DNA of 57,660 nt, the filler included, from Sphacelaria rigidula (taxonomy: Eukaryota), in the NCBI GenBank assembly GCA_964200075.2. It is 8 parts of 8 records of this genome, joined end to end, with 100 filler letters (N's around TTAATTAATTAA, not from the genome) between each part and the next. Parts side by side here need not be neighbours in the genome. Positions count along the whole stretch, not along the records: positions 21,664 to 28,783 come from CAXNAA020016386.1; positions 28,884 to 36,003 come from CAXNAA020016387.1; positions 36,104 to 43,222 come from CAXNAA020016388.1; 5 more parts are not named here. The stretch is one strand, 5' to 3'. The position numbers and the translations under genes are program-made. The first letter of the stretch is position 1. Each line of letters starts with the position of its first letter. Positions 23,901 to 36,111 of this stretch are shown piece after piece. The notes beneath the pieces are model-generated. The model was given only the letters and a program-made list of their open reading frames with translations. It had not been told where the DNA came from and did no database searches.

Positions 23901-24249
23901 GATGCAACATGATGGGCCAGGACTAAGGATGCTGTCTGTCCACGCAAGGTACACGAGCATGATTGAATACGGAGAGGCGCGAGGCTTACGTTACTTGTAC
24001 ACAAGCTCTCGACTCTGTAATCCTTTCACTTTCACACGGCACCAGGGTACACTACAGTTTGATTGCCGCCCCACCAACACGCACTACATTACATACTTGA
24101 TCGTCCCGGAGGCCGCGTACCTTTCGCGTTGAAATATCGTTCCGAATTGAAGGATTGACGCCAGTACAGTACCGTTTGAATTACAAATGGTCTCGGCGGG
24201 CGATATGTTGCGGACGGTGAGGTGCCATGCTGTAGGATACGTGGTACTG

Positions 24250-27200
24250 CTGCACTATCTGATTGAGTTCTTGACCATTGCATCACCCCCGAAGGTCGTA
24301 GCCCAAACCTCGGCAAGGTCGCCGCACTCTCCAAAATGACCATGCCACGGGACATTTCTCAACTGCGTTCCTTGTTGGGAGGTCTCAGCTACTACAGGCA
24401 GTACTTGCCAAACCTTGCCCAAATGCTAAAACCCCGCACCACTTTCCTCAAACAAGGGGTGAAATTTGTGTTCACATTGGAAATAGAAAGAACCGTCCGC
24501 CGTCTTCTTGACACCCTTTCGCGCCCGCCGATTCTCGTCTGCCCCGACTGGCCGGCCGCGGAGCAGGGTTTCCGCACTTCCCGGCTCAACACAGATTCTT
24601 CCGAAATTGGGTTTGGCGGCACATTAGAACAGGAGCAAGTTGATGCTACTGTTCGTCCCATTGTTTATCTGAGTCGCACCACTTTTCCGAATGAACAGAA
24701 TTGGTCTGTCACGGAACAAGAGGCCGGCGCAGTTGTTTGGGGTATGCGACGTCTGCGTCAGTATTTGTATGATATCCTGGTTGTTATTTTTACCGATCAG
24801 AAGTCTTTGGAAAGCCTTGCCAAAAATAGCGGAACACAACGCTAGGGTCCAACGCTGGTTCGAAATCCTGTCGTCTTCCAACTTCCAACTGGAGTACCGC
24901 ACAGGTCCCCAGAATGCAACCGCTGACTTTCTATCACGCTTGCCCACATCAGCTCGACCCCTCGATAAAAACCCCGTGGGACGTATCACCGATCCCACCA
25001 AAGACATTGAATATTTCATAAGCAGGAATGGACATATTCACTGAGAGAAACGCCGGCTTTAGGGGTGGGTGGGCTGACGACCACAGCCCATGCATCAGTT
25101 CTAGGCAGCTTGTACCTCAATCGTTGTACTCAGTTTGGAATGAACCGTCTACGAATACTGTTGGCTACGATCATTTTCGTGCAACTGGTCAGCGCATGGT
25201 TCTCGCAGCAGGTGTAGAACCGTCCTTTGCTGACTCCGTCTCACCAGTTCAAGTTCGAGCTTCAAACGCCCACCAAATTAGCCGTATCTGGTCCTGACCT
25301 TCCCCTCCCTGCCCCCACCCCGGTCCCCGATAGTTTCCTTGCGCCTTCTCAACCTCCACGACGCAAGGCTCCCAGAAAATCGGCCCCGACCGTGCCGCCC
25401 CTGCCAACCATAGCCTAAACCACGGCTGTGCCCCCCTCCCTTGGTGATGATATTGCAAACACCACCACAACACCCTCCACGTTAATCGACGCAGGAGTAG
25501 ACGTTGACGTTCCGTCTGAGAGTACACCGACTGGTAGGCTCACCCTTGATTCCGAAATCACCGCTTCGTGCCAACCCCGCCCCGAACCGACCCAACACGA
25601 AGTCAACGCTTCAACAGATGGTGTATTCAAGGAACGGTTGACTCTCTTCTCCCACGCCGATTGGGCTCGGGAACAACAGGTAGAACCTGCTTGTAAATCA
25701 GCTATCCATGATCTATCTAAAGGTTGCCCATGTCCATTCTCAGAAACCGAATTCTTTTTGCGAGTCGGAACTCTAAAAGCGCCCACACAGGATGAAGTTA
25801 CTGAACTTTCAAGGAAAGGTATGCTACATACGGATGATGGTATAGTTTTGTTAGTTCGCCGGCCCACAGCAGCCCTTCCCAGGGGGAAGCCTACAAGTCG
25901 ACATGCCCGCTTGCTAGGTGATGAACCCATCCGCATCTATGCCCCGATGCTCCTGCGCCCATGGGCTCTACACGAATGCCATTCACAGGCATCGACTCGT
26001 TTAGGCGCCAGTAGGACCTCCCAGATGTTGGAACGTTTTTGTTGGTGGATTTGTATGGATCAGTGTTGTCGTTGGTGGGTGAGGCGTTGTCTTTTGTGTC
26101 AGGCATGAAAAACTTCTCGTCAAACAGTTCGTTGGCCGATTGTTTCCATACCACTCCCAAACGGGTCTGGTGAAGCAGTTTCGTGGGATTTCATTTCGGT
26201 CCTTTGCCCCTGACGGATAGCGGGAATAAGTATATTTTGTTCCTTACGGATAGATTTAGTCGACATGTGGTGATGCAAGCTGTCCCCACCGGTAGCTATA
26301 ACGCAGTAGGTACCGCCAACATTCTTGTATACATATACATTCCACAATGAGGTATGCCCAAACGCGTACTGTCTGACAACGGCTCGCATTTTTCAGGCAA
26401 ACTTTCAGCCGCCGTCAGTGACCTTTTGGGGGCCCATCGCATTTTTACTAGTTCATATCACCCTTCCACCAATGGTGGAACGGAACGAGTGCACCATACG
26501 ATGGCACAGATGCTTCCTGCTGTAGCAAATGAGAGACAGATGGACTGGGACCTGCATCTGCCCCTTGTCCAAATGAACTACAACAATTCAGTCAATGCCG
26601 CTACGGGATGGTCGCCGAATGAAATTCATATTGGACGCATACCTAGGTTACCTTTAACGGTATTCGAACGCAAAAATATAGGCAGACATCAGACTCTAGA
26701 TCGTGATATTGTAGAGTATCATTTGTCGTTTAGCAATCGCCTTCGTCTTGCATATGAAGTGGTACGAGAACATAACCAAATCAATTTGGCAAAGGTGGTC
26801 AGGGCGAACTCGATGTTGGATGATGTGGTACATAACCGCCCGGTGTGGAAGGTAGGCCGATGGGCATGGGTGTATAACGATGTGAAGGCCATCAATCATG
26901 GGGCTAGCTCGAAATCATCATTTTTGGACAAAGTGTTGAAGGCGAAGCTATCCTTGAATTGGACTGGTCCTTACGCAATTTCGGCTGTTTGTCCAAGCGC
27001 TGCCGCATCCGACAAGAGTCCGGGGGGAGCGCAACTTTTGTATTTGGATTTTCCCACGGATGAACCTGGTTTGAAACCGAAAAATTGCGTCTCGATGCTA
27101 CGATGCAAACCGTGTATACCCCCTCATGACTCCTCCGACATGCCTAGACAACTGCCGGTAGGGCTTAGCCATTGTGTGTTGACCAAGTATGCGATCAAAA

Positions 27201-27844
27201 CTCTGCCGTATCATATGACGATCGAGGATGCGGACGCACCCCTGGAATGCGTTGAGGTAGATATGATTTCGGGCCACCAACTGGTTCGTGGTCGTGGAGG
27301 TAAGATCGGGGTAATGTATCAAACACATTGGAAGGGTATCATGCGTGTTACATGGGAGCGTGAAGTTGACTTGCGTCATTTCCGTCGGGAGATATTGCTG
27401 TACTGGGTAGGAGATACCGTCCAACACCGCCCGTTGAATAAGAGATATCGGTCGATGCGCAAGGGAACTGCCGCTCGGGAACTGGCACGTGAACACGCAG
27501 CGCGGTTTGTTGTGACGGGCTATAGCCTTCTTTCGCGTTCACAATACATGCAGTCTTTTCACGAGAAACGCTTACCGAAGGGGGCGCATTTTTGGTATGA
27601 GGCCTTGGATTCATTGCGGTGGTTGGGTAAAATTCATTTGGTCGATCCTGCATCTGACCACTCCCACTTTATCCGCTTCCTTGACGACCCGAGCCCCCTC
27701 AAGATTCGCTTGGATGATGCGTACTACACCGAGGTGCCGACGAGTAGGAGGGGATCCTGGTGCCTTCAACGACATGAGCAAGGCGATCTCGACACAGCCG
27801 TTCTACGGAACACAGACACCGATTGCCATGCAGATGACTCATGA
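24250..27844 (+). mobile_element. Degenerate Ty3/gypsy LTR-retrotransposon pol (RT connection, RNase H, integrase, chromodomain-like tail)
   Basis: QLRSLLGGLSYYRQYLP (RT thumb/connection). TDSSEIGFGGTLEQ, NWSVTEQEAGAVVWG, FTDQKSL and RVQRW...YRTGPQNATADFLSRLP (RNase H). HECH...CLLCQ (integrase Zn finger). PKRVLSDNGSHF...HPSTNGGTERVHHT (integrase core) and WTGPY. Broken by frameshifts and stops. Confidence 0.93.
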
Positions 27845-27989
27845 TGCCGCATCCGAGTCTGTTTCCCATTCACCTTGCGTAGTGTACCACGTTCGAGTCG
27901 CTTGGCTTGCACCATAGCGTCGTTGGAAAACCATGTATTCCCCCCCCTCCTTCATTTTTTTTTCGTACTGATCATTCGTGGAAGAAATG

Positions 27990-28436
27990 AGTTTGACATG
28001 TGAACAGTGAGGCTTGCGAGGGGGAGGAAGGTCTTGCATACTGATGTGTCATGGTGGGATGGACCACGCAGCATATCTGTTGTTGAGGAAGCGAACAGTT
28101 TACCCATTGAACTAGTGAGCGCTCACTGGTTGGATGGATAAACTGTTCGCTTCTTGACCAGAAAATGCCCGGTTCGAGTCCTGGTTTGATCATTTGTGGA
28201 AGGAATGACTTTGACATGTGAACAGTGAGGTTTGAGAGGGGCACGGAGGACGCGTAGATTTGACATGTGAACAGTGAGGCTTGCGTGTGGCACGGCGGAC
28301 GCGTCGATCCCTCATGTGTCATGCCGGGATGGTCCACGCAGCATATATTTTGTTCAGGAAGCGAACAGTTTACCCATTGAACTAGTGGGCGGGCGCTCAC
28401 TAGTTCAATGGGTAAACTGTTCGCTTCCTGAACAAT
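27990..28436. repeat. Duplicated unit carrying palindromic tRNA-like (SINE-like) heads
   Basis: tttgacatgtgaacagtgagg occurs three times. Hairpins at ~28082-28158 (imperfect) and 28350-28435 (perfect 38-bp stem). A-box-like TAGTTCAATGG at 28401-28411 and B-box GGTTCGAGTCC at 28171-28181. Confidence 0.6.
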
Positions 28437-28581
28437 TGTTAGTGCATACCGTTACATGAACGGGAGATGAGAATTTTCCAATAGAGGAATACCCGAAGAC
28501 TGAATTCTCCAATAGAGGAATACCCGAAGACTGAACATAGCAAATGGTGTATTCCACTGAAAGACGAGATTTCTTCTTCCC

Positions 28582-28783
28582 CTCACACTTTGAACCCCTC
28601 CCCTTCCTCGGGAAGAGTCCGTGGTTTCAAGGGATCAACCCATCTCTCCCCCGGCACGTGCCTCTCATTTTGATCTCGGGGATTGGATCAGCATTCCCGC
28701 ACCGCGGCAACTCACGTCTCACAAACCCAGTCGACTACTTTTGTTTACTCACGTTCTCACGCTTTCCACGGTGGAAATCATAC
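28582..28783 (+). repeat. Dispersed repeat; second copy at ~49414-49523
   Basis: tcacactttgaacccctcccc...gagtccgtggt...ggatcaacccatctctcccc...cattttgatctcg...gattgg.tcagc is shared between two contigs. Confidence 0.8.
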
Positions 28784-28883
28784 NNNNNNNNNNNNNNNNN
28801 NNNNNNNNNNNNNNNNNNNNNNNNNNNTTAATTAATTAANNNNNNNNNNNNNNNNNNNNNNNNNNNNNNNNNNNNNNNNNNNN

Positions 28884-28958
28884 GGAAAGGCGAGCCTACG
28901 TCTGTGACCACGGGTTCGCGAGATCGGACTAATGTGCGGAAATAATAATAATAATAAA
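28884..28958 (+). mobile_element. 3' end of a non-LTR retroelement with (TAA)n tail, copy 2
   Basis: Matches 9071-9160. Confidence 0.65.
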
Positions 28959-29204
28959 TAACCACATCAGCCGCCCAGTCGCTCAACACGTCGAAGTTTG
29001 TGCATCCGCGCGTGCATGTATGCATCCGCCTGTAGTGCACGATATCTGGGCTGCGGGATAGCCGATTTGAGAGCGCATCGATGGCATTCCCCGAAATCGC
29101 TTGTGGCCATGTTGTAACTTTGCCCTGGGCCCAATCGTGCGGGCACTTTGCGCATGTGCTGTCTGTCATATGTCTGACTAGTGTGCAAAGTTTCACACGT
29201 CGGA

Positions 29205-29460
29205 CGAGTCGACTCGAGTGCTCGCCCTATGAGTTTTGTTCCACAATGAGCAATGACTTGAGTGCTCGCCTCCTGCTCGCCTTATTAATTTTTTCTCACA
29301 ACCAGCAATGACTCGGGTGCTTGCCCTATTAATTTTATGCCACCACCAGCAATGACTCGAGTGCTCGCCCTATTAGTTTGTTTCCACAACCAGCAATGAC
29401 TCGAGTGCTCGCCCTATTAGTTTGTTTCCACACCAGCAATGACTCGAGTGCTCGCCCTAC
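29205..29460 (+). repeat. Minisatellite, ~40-50-bp unit, about six copies
   Basis: Repeated (cc)agcaatgactcgagtgctcgccctatt(a/g)gtttgtttccaca with no unique spacers. Confidence 0.88.
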
Positions 29461-31038
29461 GAACCCTTTTGGGACCGACCCCCCACTGACACGGGGTTGA
29501 CGATGTGTTGATGGAACAAAAAAAAAGAAGTCAGGGAGCGACCTGCCCAATCACGGTGGGGCGAAATCCTGTTTAAAGCTCTCTACAGCGACACATACTT
29601 CTTGCTACATCAGATGCACCCTGCACCTGAAAATATATTGGACGAATATTTCGGCCTTCCTCATAATCCTGCGATTACATACGCGGATTTTCAGCAACAT
29701 GCCACTGTTTCGTGTAGACGCCAGACACGTCAGTCCTAACCAGCCTTATTAGTCGTTCTGGAGGCCGGGACTCAAAGGGTTGAATTTTTTAGCAATGGAC
29801 TAGAAAAAGTACACCTTGACGTATTTCGCCTACAGAAGGTACGAAAATGGCCAGAAACGCGGAAACAGCCAAACACGCCATTTTGACCGTTTCCGCTCCG
29901 AATTTTTCACGCATATCACTCGGCGGGGGGGCATCGGCACCCGACCCTCAAAAAAAGACGGGAAAAAAACATGTTACTCGAGATATATGGCCACGCGAAA
30001 ACGAAGGTCTCGCCTGCAGAAACCGCTGACCTTTTGTAGGCCAAATTTCGCCCAGGTATACTTGATCTCGGAGTTCTTTTTCAATCGTACCTTCTCTGGG
30101 CCAACAGTCGGCCCAGAAAGTACCTGTCCTGGGCCATCGCTTCCCACACTGTACCTGAAGCGGCACACTGCCCCCAAGGGAAGACAGGCGACAACTCCAA
30201 CCATTGCGCCCACGCATTCGGCTCTTTTCCCGCTCATTTGCCGTTCACGAACGCCACAACGACCACACCCCTTTCTCCTCGGGAATAGTTCCTGAGTCTC
30301 TCCGCATCAACACAATAACTGGACTTTTGGGCTTGCGGAGTGTTCTGTATAACCGTGCCGTTGCGATCTGGGGCTGGTGCCAGCGTGCCGTCAGCGTGCC
30401 GTCACGAGGAACGGTTACTACATAATCGATGATTGGTATAAGGAACGGATACCAACCGTCACGCATGTGTGAATATAGAGACAGCACAGTCAGTGATACC
30501 GTTTAGTGACAAAGAGCTACATGCGCCCGATAGAAGCACACGCACTCAGAACCATCATCTACCTCAATCGTTAGAGAGAATCACCAACGACGAGCGCGAA
30601 GCTCGGAGAGTGTCCTCAGCTTCATGTCTGGTGCCGCGGCTGTTGATTGTTGACGCCGGTGCAGGTGGGATATTCGAGTGTCTGACAGCTGCGGAGTAAG
30701 GCAGGACTACTACGTTGTACTATTGATGAAGAAGGAAGGGAACAAGATGGGTTTCGTGAGGCTGGGGTCATTATCGCTGTTTGATGTAGTACTAGGGACG
30801 ATTGATACGGGCTCGGTGGGGCGTACGTGCGTTCAGTGACTATCGAGGGCGGGTGTTCTACCTATTCATCCATGTCGTGAGTGCCGTGAAGCACTCGGAG
30901 GAGGCTGTGGGTATAGCCAGCGTACAGCTGTTGTAGCAAGGGGCCTCCCAGTCCAGAAACTCAGTCAACAGGAGTGATGATAGAGACACTGGCCTTGCAA
31001 TTCTGCAGGGACCTCCGCCCCTACATGTGACCGTAATA

Positions 31039-31253
31039 GAGGTATCTAACTCGGCTCCCGATAACCTGGTTTGTTTTGTTCTATTTTTTCAATTGAAAGT
31101 GATGCCGATTCATCAGATGATGTGACGCTTTGACCGCCAGACCGCCAGGTCAGGTCCTCCCTTGAATCGCGATCACTTTCTCTTGTAAAAATAGTACACA
31201 ACTCAAAGCCAGCGAATAAACCAGGGTACCGGGAGCCGAGTTTGAGATACCTC
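31039..31253. mobile_element. TA-flanked MITE (Tc1/mariner-type by TSD)
   Basis: TA|gaggtatctaactcggctcccgataacctggttt ... aaaccagggtaccgggagccgagtttgagatacctc|TA. The internal gatgccgattc motif recurs near 43911 and 46084. Confidence 0.7.
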
Positions 31254-31984
31254 TAATGAGTATGAAAATCTTACAACTTAGGCGGTGTCTTCTCAAATTG
31301 TTTTCGACTCGAAAACGTACGGTAGAATCGAATTTGCTCTTCCCTGATACGTCCACGGCATCCATGTCCACAACCATCTGAGGAAGAAAAGGGCCTGGGC
31401 GAATCAGAAACGAGCACATTCGATTCGACCGCACATTTTCGACACGAAGACAAATTGACAAGATGCGGCCTTATGGGCTACCGTTTTTAGTAAGCAGACC
31501 GTGTCGAAGAGACTTCCTTTTCGCCCGTGACCCTCTGCACAATAAATCGAAATTAACAACTCTAGTATGTACACAGATTTCCGGAAGCTGGTGAACTTCA
31601 TCATCTACAATTGACAAATAATGGGAACAATTCGATGTCGACTGGTCACCCATGCAGGCGGCTAAGGGCTCATCGTCGTGAGCCATCCACGAAGTACTGT
31701 AGTAACGCGTGGCATCAGCATTGGCTTGGTGGTATCCGCTCGTTTGTGCTGTGTGATATTCAACTGCTCGGCGGGTACACGCCGTTACCTTGGATCCAGT
31801 TGTTTGCTCTTGTCAGCCTCAGCTGGAAGAATACGGTGCGAACGGTACGTGGTCTACTGGCTGCATTGCACCATCGTCGTTGGCACCGGAGAAATCATGA
31901 CGATACCGCACACAACACAATGGTTGAGCGCTACAAATGTCATCTGGCATTGACAAATCTTGTCCTGGGATAAAAGCGAAAGGG

Positions 31985-32780
31985 TCGTACAAAACAAGAT
32001 GATGTAGCCAGCCCCTCCCCCTCCCCCTCCCCCGCCCGTCGGCGACTTGGAGAGTGAAGAAATAGCTTCCCAAGAACACCTTTCTCCTCGGTTTTTCCAC
32101 AAGTGTAGGGAATTTGGACGATAATTTGTACGGTGAGCTTCGGAGCCTCCGTTGTTGCGTCTACAGAATGGCCTTCGAGGCGCGCAGACCGCTACACATC
32201 ACAGAGCTGGGCGCAACAAATGCCATGTTCTACTTGCCCTGTTGTTCTGGAAAAAAACTCGAAGCAATCGTACAAAACAAGATGGAGGAGTCAGGACGAC
32301 CCCCTCACCCCCTCGGTGGCCTTGAGAATGAAGAAATAGGTTTCCAAGAACATTTCTCTCCTTTGTTTTCCTCTGGGTCGCCACCAGTGCAAGAAATTGG
32401 GCGTTGAGTTGTACTGGGAATTTCGGGAGCCTCACTTGTTACGGCTGTATGAAGGATTTTGAGGCGAAGACCGTTACACATCACAAAGGTGGGCGCTGCA
32501 AATGTCATATCCTTTTTCCACTATTACGCTGGATAGAACCGAAGTGGTTGTACGTACAAAACAAATAAAGGAGCCAGGACCCTGTTCCCCCCTCAGCGAC
32601 TTCGAGAATGCAGAAGTAGGACCATGAGTACATTGTTTTACTCTGTTTCTCCGCCAGTATAATGATGAATTAAACGATAGTATGTACTGGGGGTTTCCGA
32701 GTCTCCGTTGTTTTGGCTATATAATGGATTGTGAGGCGTGCAGACGGCTACGCAACAAAAGGTTTTGTGGGCACGATCAT
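31985..32780 (+). repeat. Three degenerate tandem units of ~285 bp
   Basis: gtacaaaacaa...cccct...g(c/t)g(a/g)c(c/t)t...gagaatg(a/c)agaa recurs at ~31987, ~32270 and ~32555. Confidence 0.7.
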
Positions 32781-33091
32781 CCCGGGATAGAGCCCTCCCT
32801 CAATCAACCCTCCACTCTTCATCTAAGGAAAACATTGATTTACTTGTGTTTCGGAGGTATCCAGCCGTGAACACGAGACGAACGTTTTCAAGAAAAATAC
32901 TTGAACAAACAAAACACCACCCATGAGGGAGAATGTCAACGCCTGAAAATGAGGACAAAATCAAGGAAAACAAACGGTAAGGGAGAGCGACGACCACAAG
33001 AAAAACAGACGAAACGGAACGCGAAGCCTGATGATGCCGAACTAAGACATCTCTCATAAAAACACGCGCCAAGCAAAATACATGAAAAATC

Positions 33092-34858
33092 CAAGGGTAG
33101 GTCGAGTAGAGTATGTACTTTTGAGTACTCGAGTGAAATACTCGAGTATTTACTCTACTCGACGTTTGAGTAGGCCGAGTACGGCCTCCGATACTCTACT
33201 CAACTTTTGAGAAGGTTGAGTACGGCCTCCAATACTATTCTCAAATTTTGAGTAAATTGAGTACGACCTCAAATACTCTACTCAAATTTTGAGTAAGCAC
33301 GCTGAGTAATACTTGAGTATAGAGTATCACTTGAGTATGACCTCAATACTCTACTCAAATTTTGAGTAGGTCGAGTACGGCCTCAAATACTCTACTCAAA
33401 TTTTAGGCAGGTCGAGTACGGCCTCAAATACTCTACTCAAATTTTGCGTAGGTCGAGGATGGTCTCATACTTTACCCAAATTTTGAGCAGGTCGAGTACG
33501 GCCTCAAATACTCTACTCAAATTTTGAGTAAGCACTCTCAGTAATACTAGAGTATAGAGTATCACTTGAGAGTATGACCTCAATACTCTACTCAAAGTTT
33601 GAGTAGGTCGAGTACGGTCATAAATACTCTACTCAAATTTTGAGTGAGTTGAGTATGGTCTCAATTACTTTACTCAAATTTTGAGTAGATCGAGTACGAC
33701 CTCAAGTACTCTACTCAAAGTTTGAGTAAGCACTCTCAGTAATGCTTGAGTATAGAGTACCCCTTGGGTATGGTGAGTATCCCCGACAGTCGGCGACTTC
33801 GTGAGGTCAGTTCAGACTATGCTGACTACTATACATGGGCGAACGATGGCCATCAATTAGATGGGCGGCGTTACATCACAGCCAACAAGGAGTATGAGCG
33901 AATGATGGCCAAAAAAAAAAAAGAAGCGCGCAGGGCCTTTTTACAATAACCCAACATTCATTCTACCCTACTTTTGTACCATTTGGTTCTGATCCTAATG
34001 TTTGCTGAAGTTTGACCTTGAATCAAAACTCATCATGGGTGGGTAACTGTGGGAATACCTTGATATTTCCTCTACCCGAGTTTGAGTATCGTGCGTACGG
34101 ACTTGAATATTGAAGTTGAAGATAAAGGTTTTCGGCACATCAGATACTCTACTCAAAATTTGAGTTGGTCGAGTACGGCCTCCGATACACTACTCAAAAT
34201 TTGAGTAGGTCGAGTACGGCCTCCGATACTCTACTCAAAATTTGAGTAGGTCGAGTATGGTCTCCAATACTCTACTCAAATTTTGAGTAAGCACTCTCAG
34301 TAATACTTGAGTATAGAGTATCACTTGAGTATGACCTCAATTACTCTACTCAAATTCTGGGTAGGTCGAGTACGGGCTCAAATACTCTACTCAAATTTTG
34401 AGTAGGTCGAGTACGGCCTCCAATACTCTACTCACATTTTGAGTGGATCGCGTACGACCTGAAATACTCTACTCAAAGTTTGAGTAAGCATTTGCAGTAA
34501 TACTTGAGTGTTGAGTATCACTTGAGTATGACCTCAATACTCTACTCAAATTCTGAGTAGGTCGAATACGGCCTCAAATACTCTACTCAAATTTTGAGTA
34601 GGTCGAGTATGGTCTCAAATACTCTACTCAAATTTTGAGTGGGATCGAGTACGACCTCAAATACTCTACTCAAAGTTTGAGTGAGCACTTTCAGTAATAC
34701 TTGAGTGTTGACTATCACTTGAGTGTGACCTCAATATTCTACTCAAAGTTTGAGTAGGTCGAGTACGGCCTTGAATAATCTACTCAAATTTTGAGTACTA
34801 AAAGTATCACTCTTCAAAAATACCGAGTATTGAGTATAATCTACTCGACCTACCCTTG
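33092..34858. mobile_element. Non-autonomous hAT-like DNA transposon with two arrays of ~38-bp palindromic subterminal repeats
   Basis: TIRs CAAGGGTAGGTCGAGTAGA...TCTACTCGACCTACCCTTG. Flanks gaaaaatc and gaataatc match at 7/8, consistent with an 8-bp TSD. Internal repeats actctactcaaattttgagtaggtcgagtacggcctcaaat surround a unique core (~33770-34140). Confidence 0.85.
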
Positions 34859-35389
34859 GAATAATCCAACTGGAGATAAAACATGACGAGTCAGCCAGGA
34901 GAGCCCACACTACGCAACGCCGTTGAGAAGGAATGAAGCAAACCACGCGGTCTTCAAATGCGGTCCAGGCGCTGCAAGCGCGGTGATCGAACACACACAA
35001 ACACGTTACGACCCAGTAAGCTCAAGTTGCAGACACATCACGAAAGGAGCCCACAAATCCAGGTGACAAAAATCCTCACCGGTTTCGACTACAAGAGGTG
35101 AATGAGAAAAACGCGGACACCCCTCTGAGAAGACGAGCAAAACCCAGGGAAGGCGAAGCACGTGAGCGACGTACCCACACTACGTTCCACTACCCATCGA
35201 CATCTTCCCATCCAGGGCCTACTCACTTCATTACGCCCGTGAAAGGTCAATAGTAGAACCCTGCGACAGCGTGGCCTGCGCTCCCCCACCGGTGCCGGGC
35301 GCCGGCGCCAAGTTGGGGGCACCGCCTGCGCTCCTGTGGTGCTGGATGGCGCGGGCGCCGCAATTGCGGTGTTGTACTTGGAAGACGAG

Positions 35390-35612
35390 GCGTAGTCGCC
35401 TACCCCGGGGATACGTTTCTTCCTCGGGCGGCCCTTTGTGGGTGCGCCAGCTTGCTTCACCCTTGGGGGGTCACGGCGTGTTTTGTGATGTTTGAGCTGG
35501 CCCCAGGTCGGGAGAACGATCTTCAATGCTGGAGTGTAGACCGTCGAGCGGTAGTTCTCTAGCCTGAAGCTCTCCGGTATGAGCGTCAGCGACCGGTCGA
35601 GAGTGTTCGTGC
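35390..35612 (-). pseudogene. MULE/Mutator-like transposase C-terminal fragment
   Basis: LIPESFRLENYRSTVYTPALKIVLP...DPPRVKQAGAPTKGRPRKKRIPG resembles the post-SWIM Y...Y...P...PP...GRP(K/R)KKR region of MULE transposases. TTTGCAG acceptor just upstream. Confidence 0.55.
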
Positions 35613-36111
35613 CTGCAAACGTGAAGCGCAGACAACGAACGACGATGGGGAGCATGGTAGGGTTGTGCTGATTATGCTGCCAAAGACGTTTCCTACGCTT
35701 GTAATTTCACCGAATACATTGATCGCGACGTGGGAATTATGAGCGACTCATGTTTGTACCGTCGAGAAAAAAAACACTAGTTATGCTCCCTGCATGGGTA
35801 TAATGCTCCATCATGCTCATCACATCCTTCCTTTACCGGGCACACCGACACACGATTGATTTCTTCTTTCCAACCAATGTTGCTAGAATTTGAGATGTGA
35901 TCAATTTCACTGTTTTCCAATGACAGAAAATATGCTGGAACGGTATATAGAGGGAAATGTACCAATTAAGATACAGAGCCAATAAAGATACAAGTTTTTT
36001 TAANNNNNNNNNNNNNNNNNNNNNNNNNNNNNNNNNNNNNNNNNNNNTTAATTAATTAANNNNNNNNNNNNNNNNNNNNNNNNNNNNNNNNNNNNNNNNN
36101 NNNTACGAGTA

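Noticed and set aside
28120..28190. Genuine tRNA gene
   Set aside because: A B-box is present, but the A-box is degenerate and no convincing acceptor stem or cloverleaf could be built. It is better explained as a tRNA-derived repeat.
33120..34800. CRISPR-like appearance of regularly spaced palindromic repeats (also 41900-43150 and 29205-29460)
   Set aside because: The units are contiguous degenerate tandem copies with no unique spacers and no cas genes. The context is eukaryotic, and the 33-kb and 42-kb arrays lie inside TIR-bounded elements.
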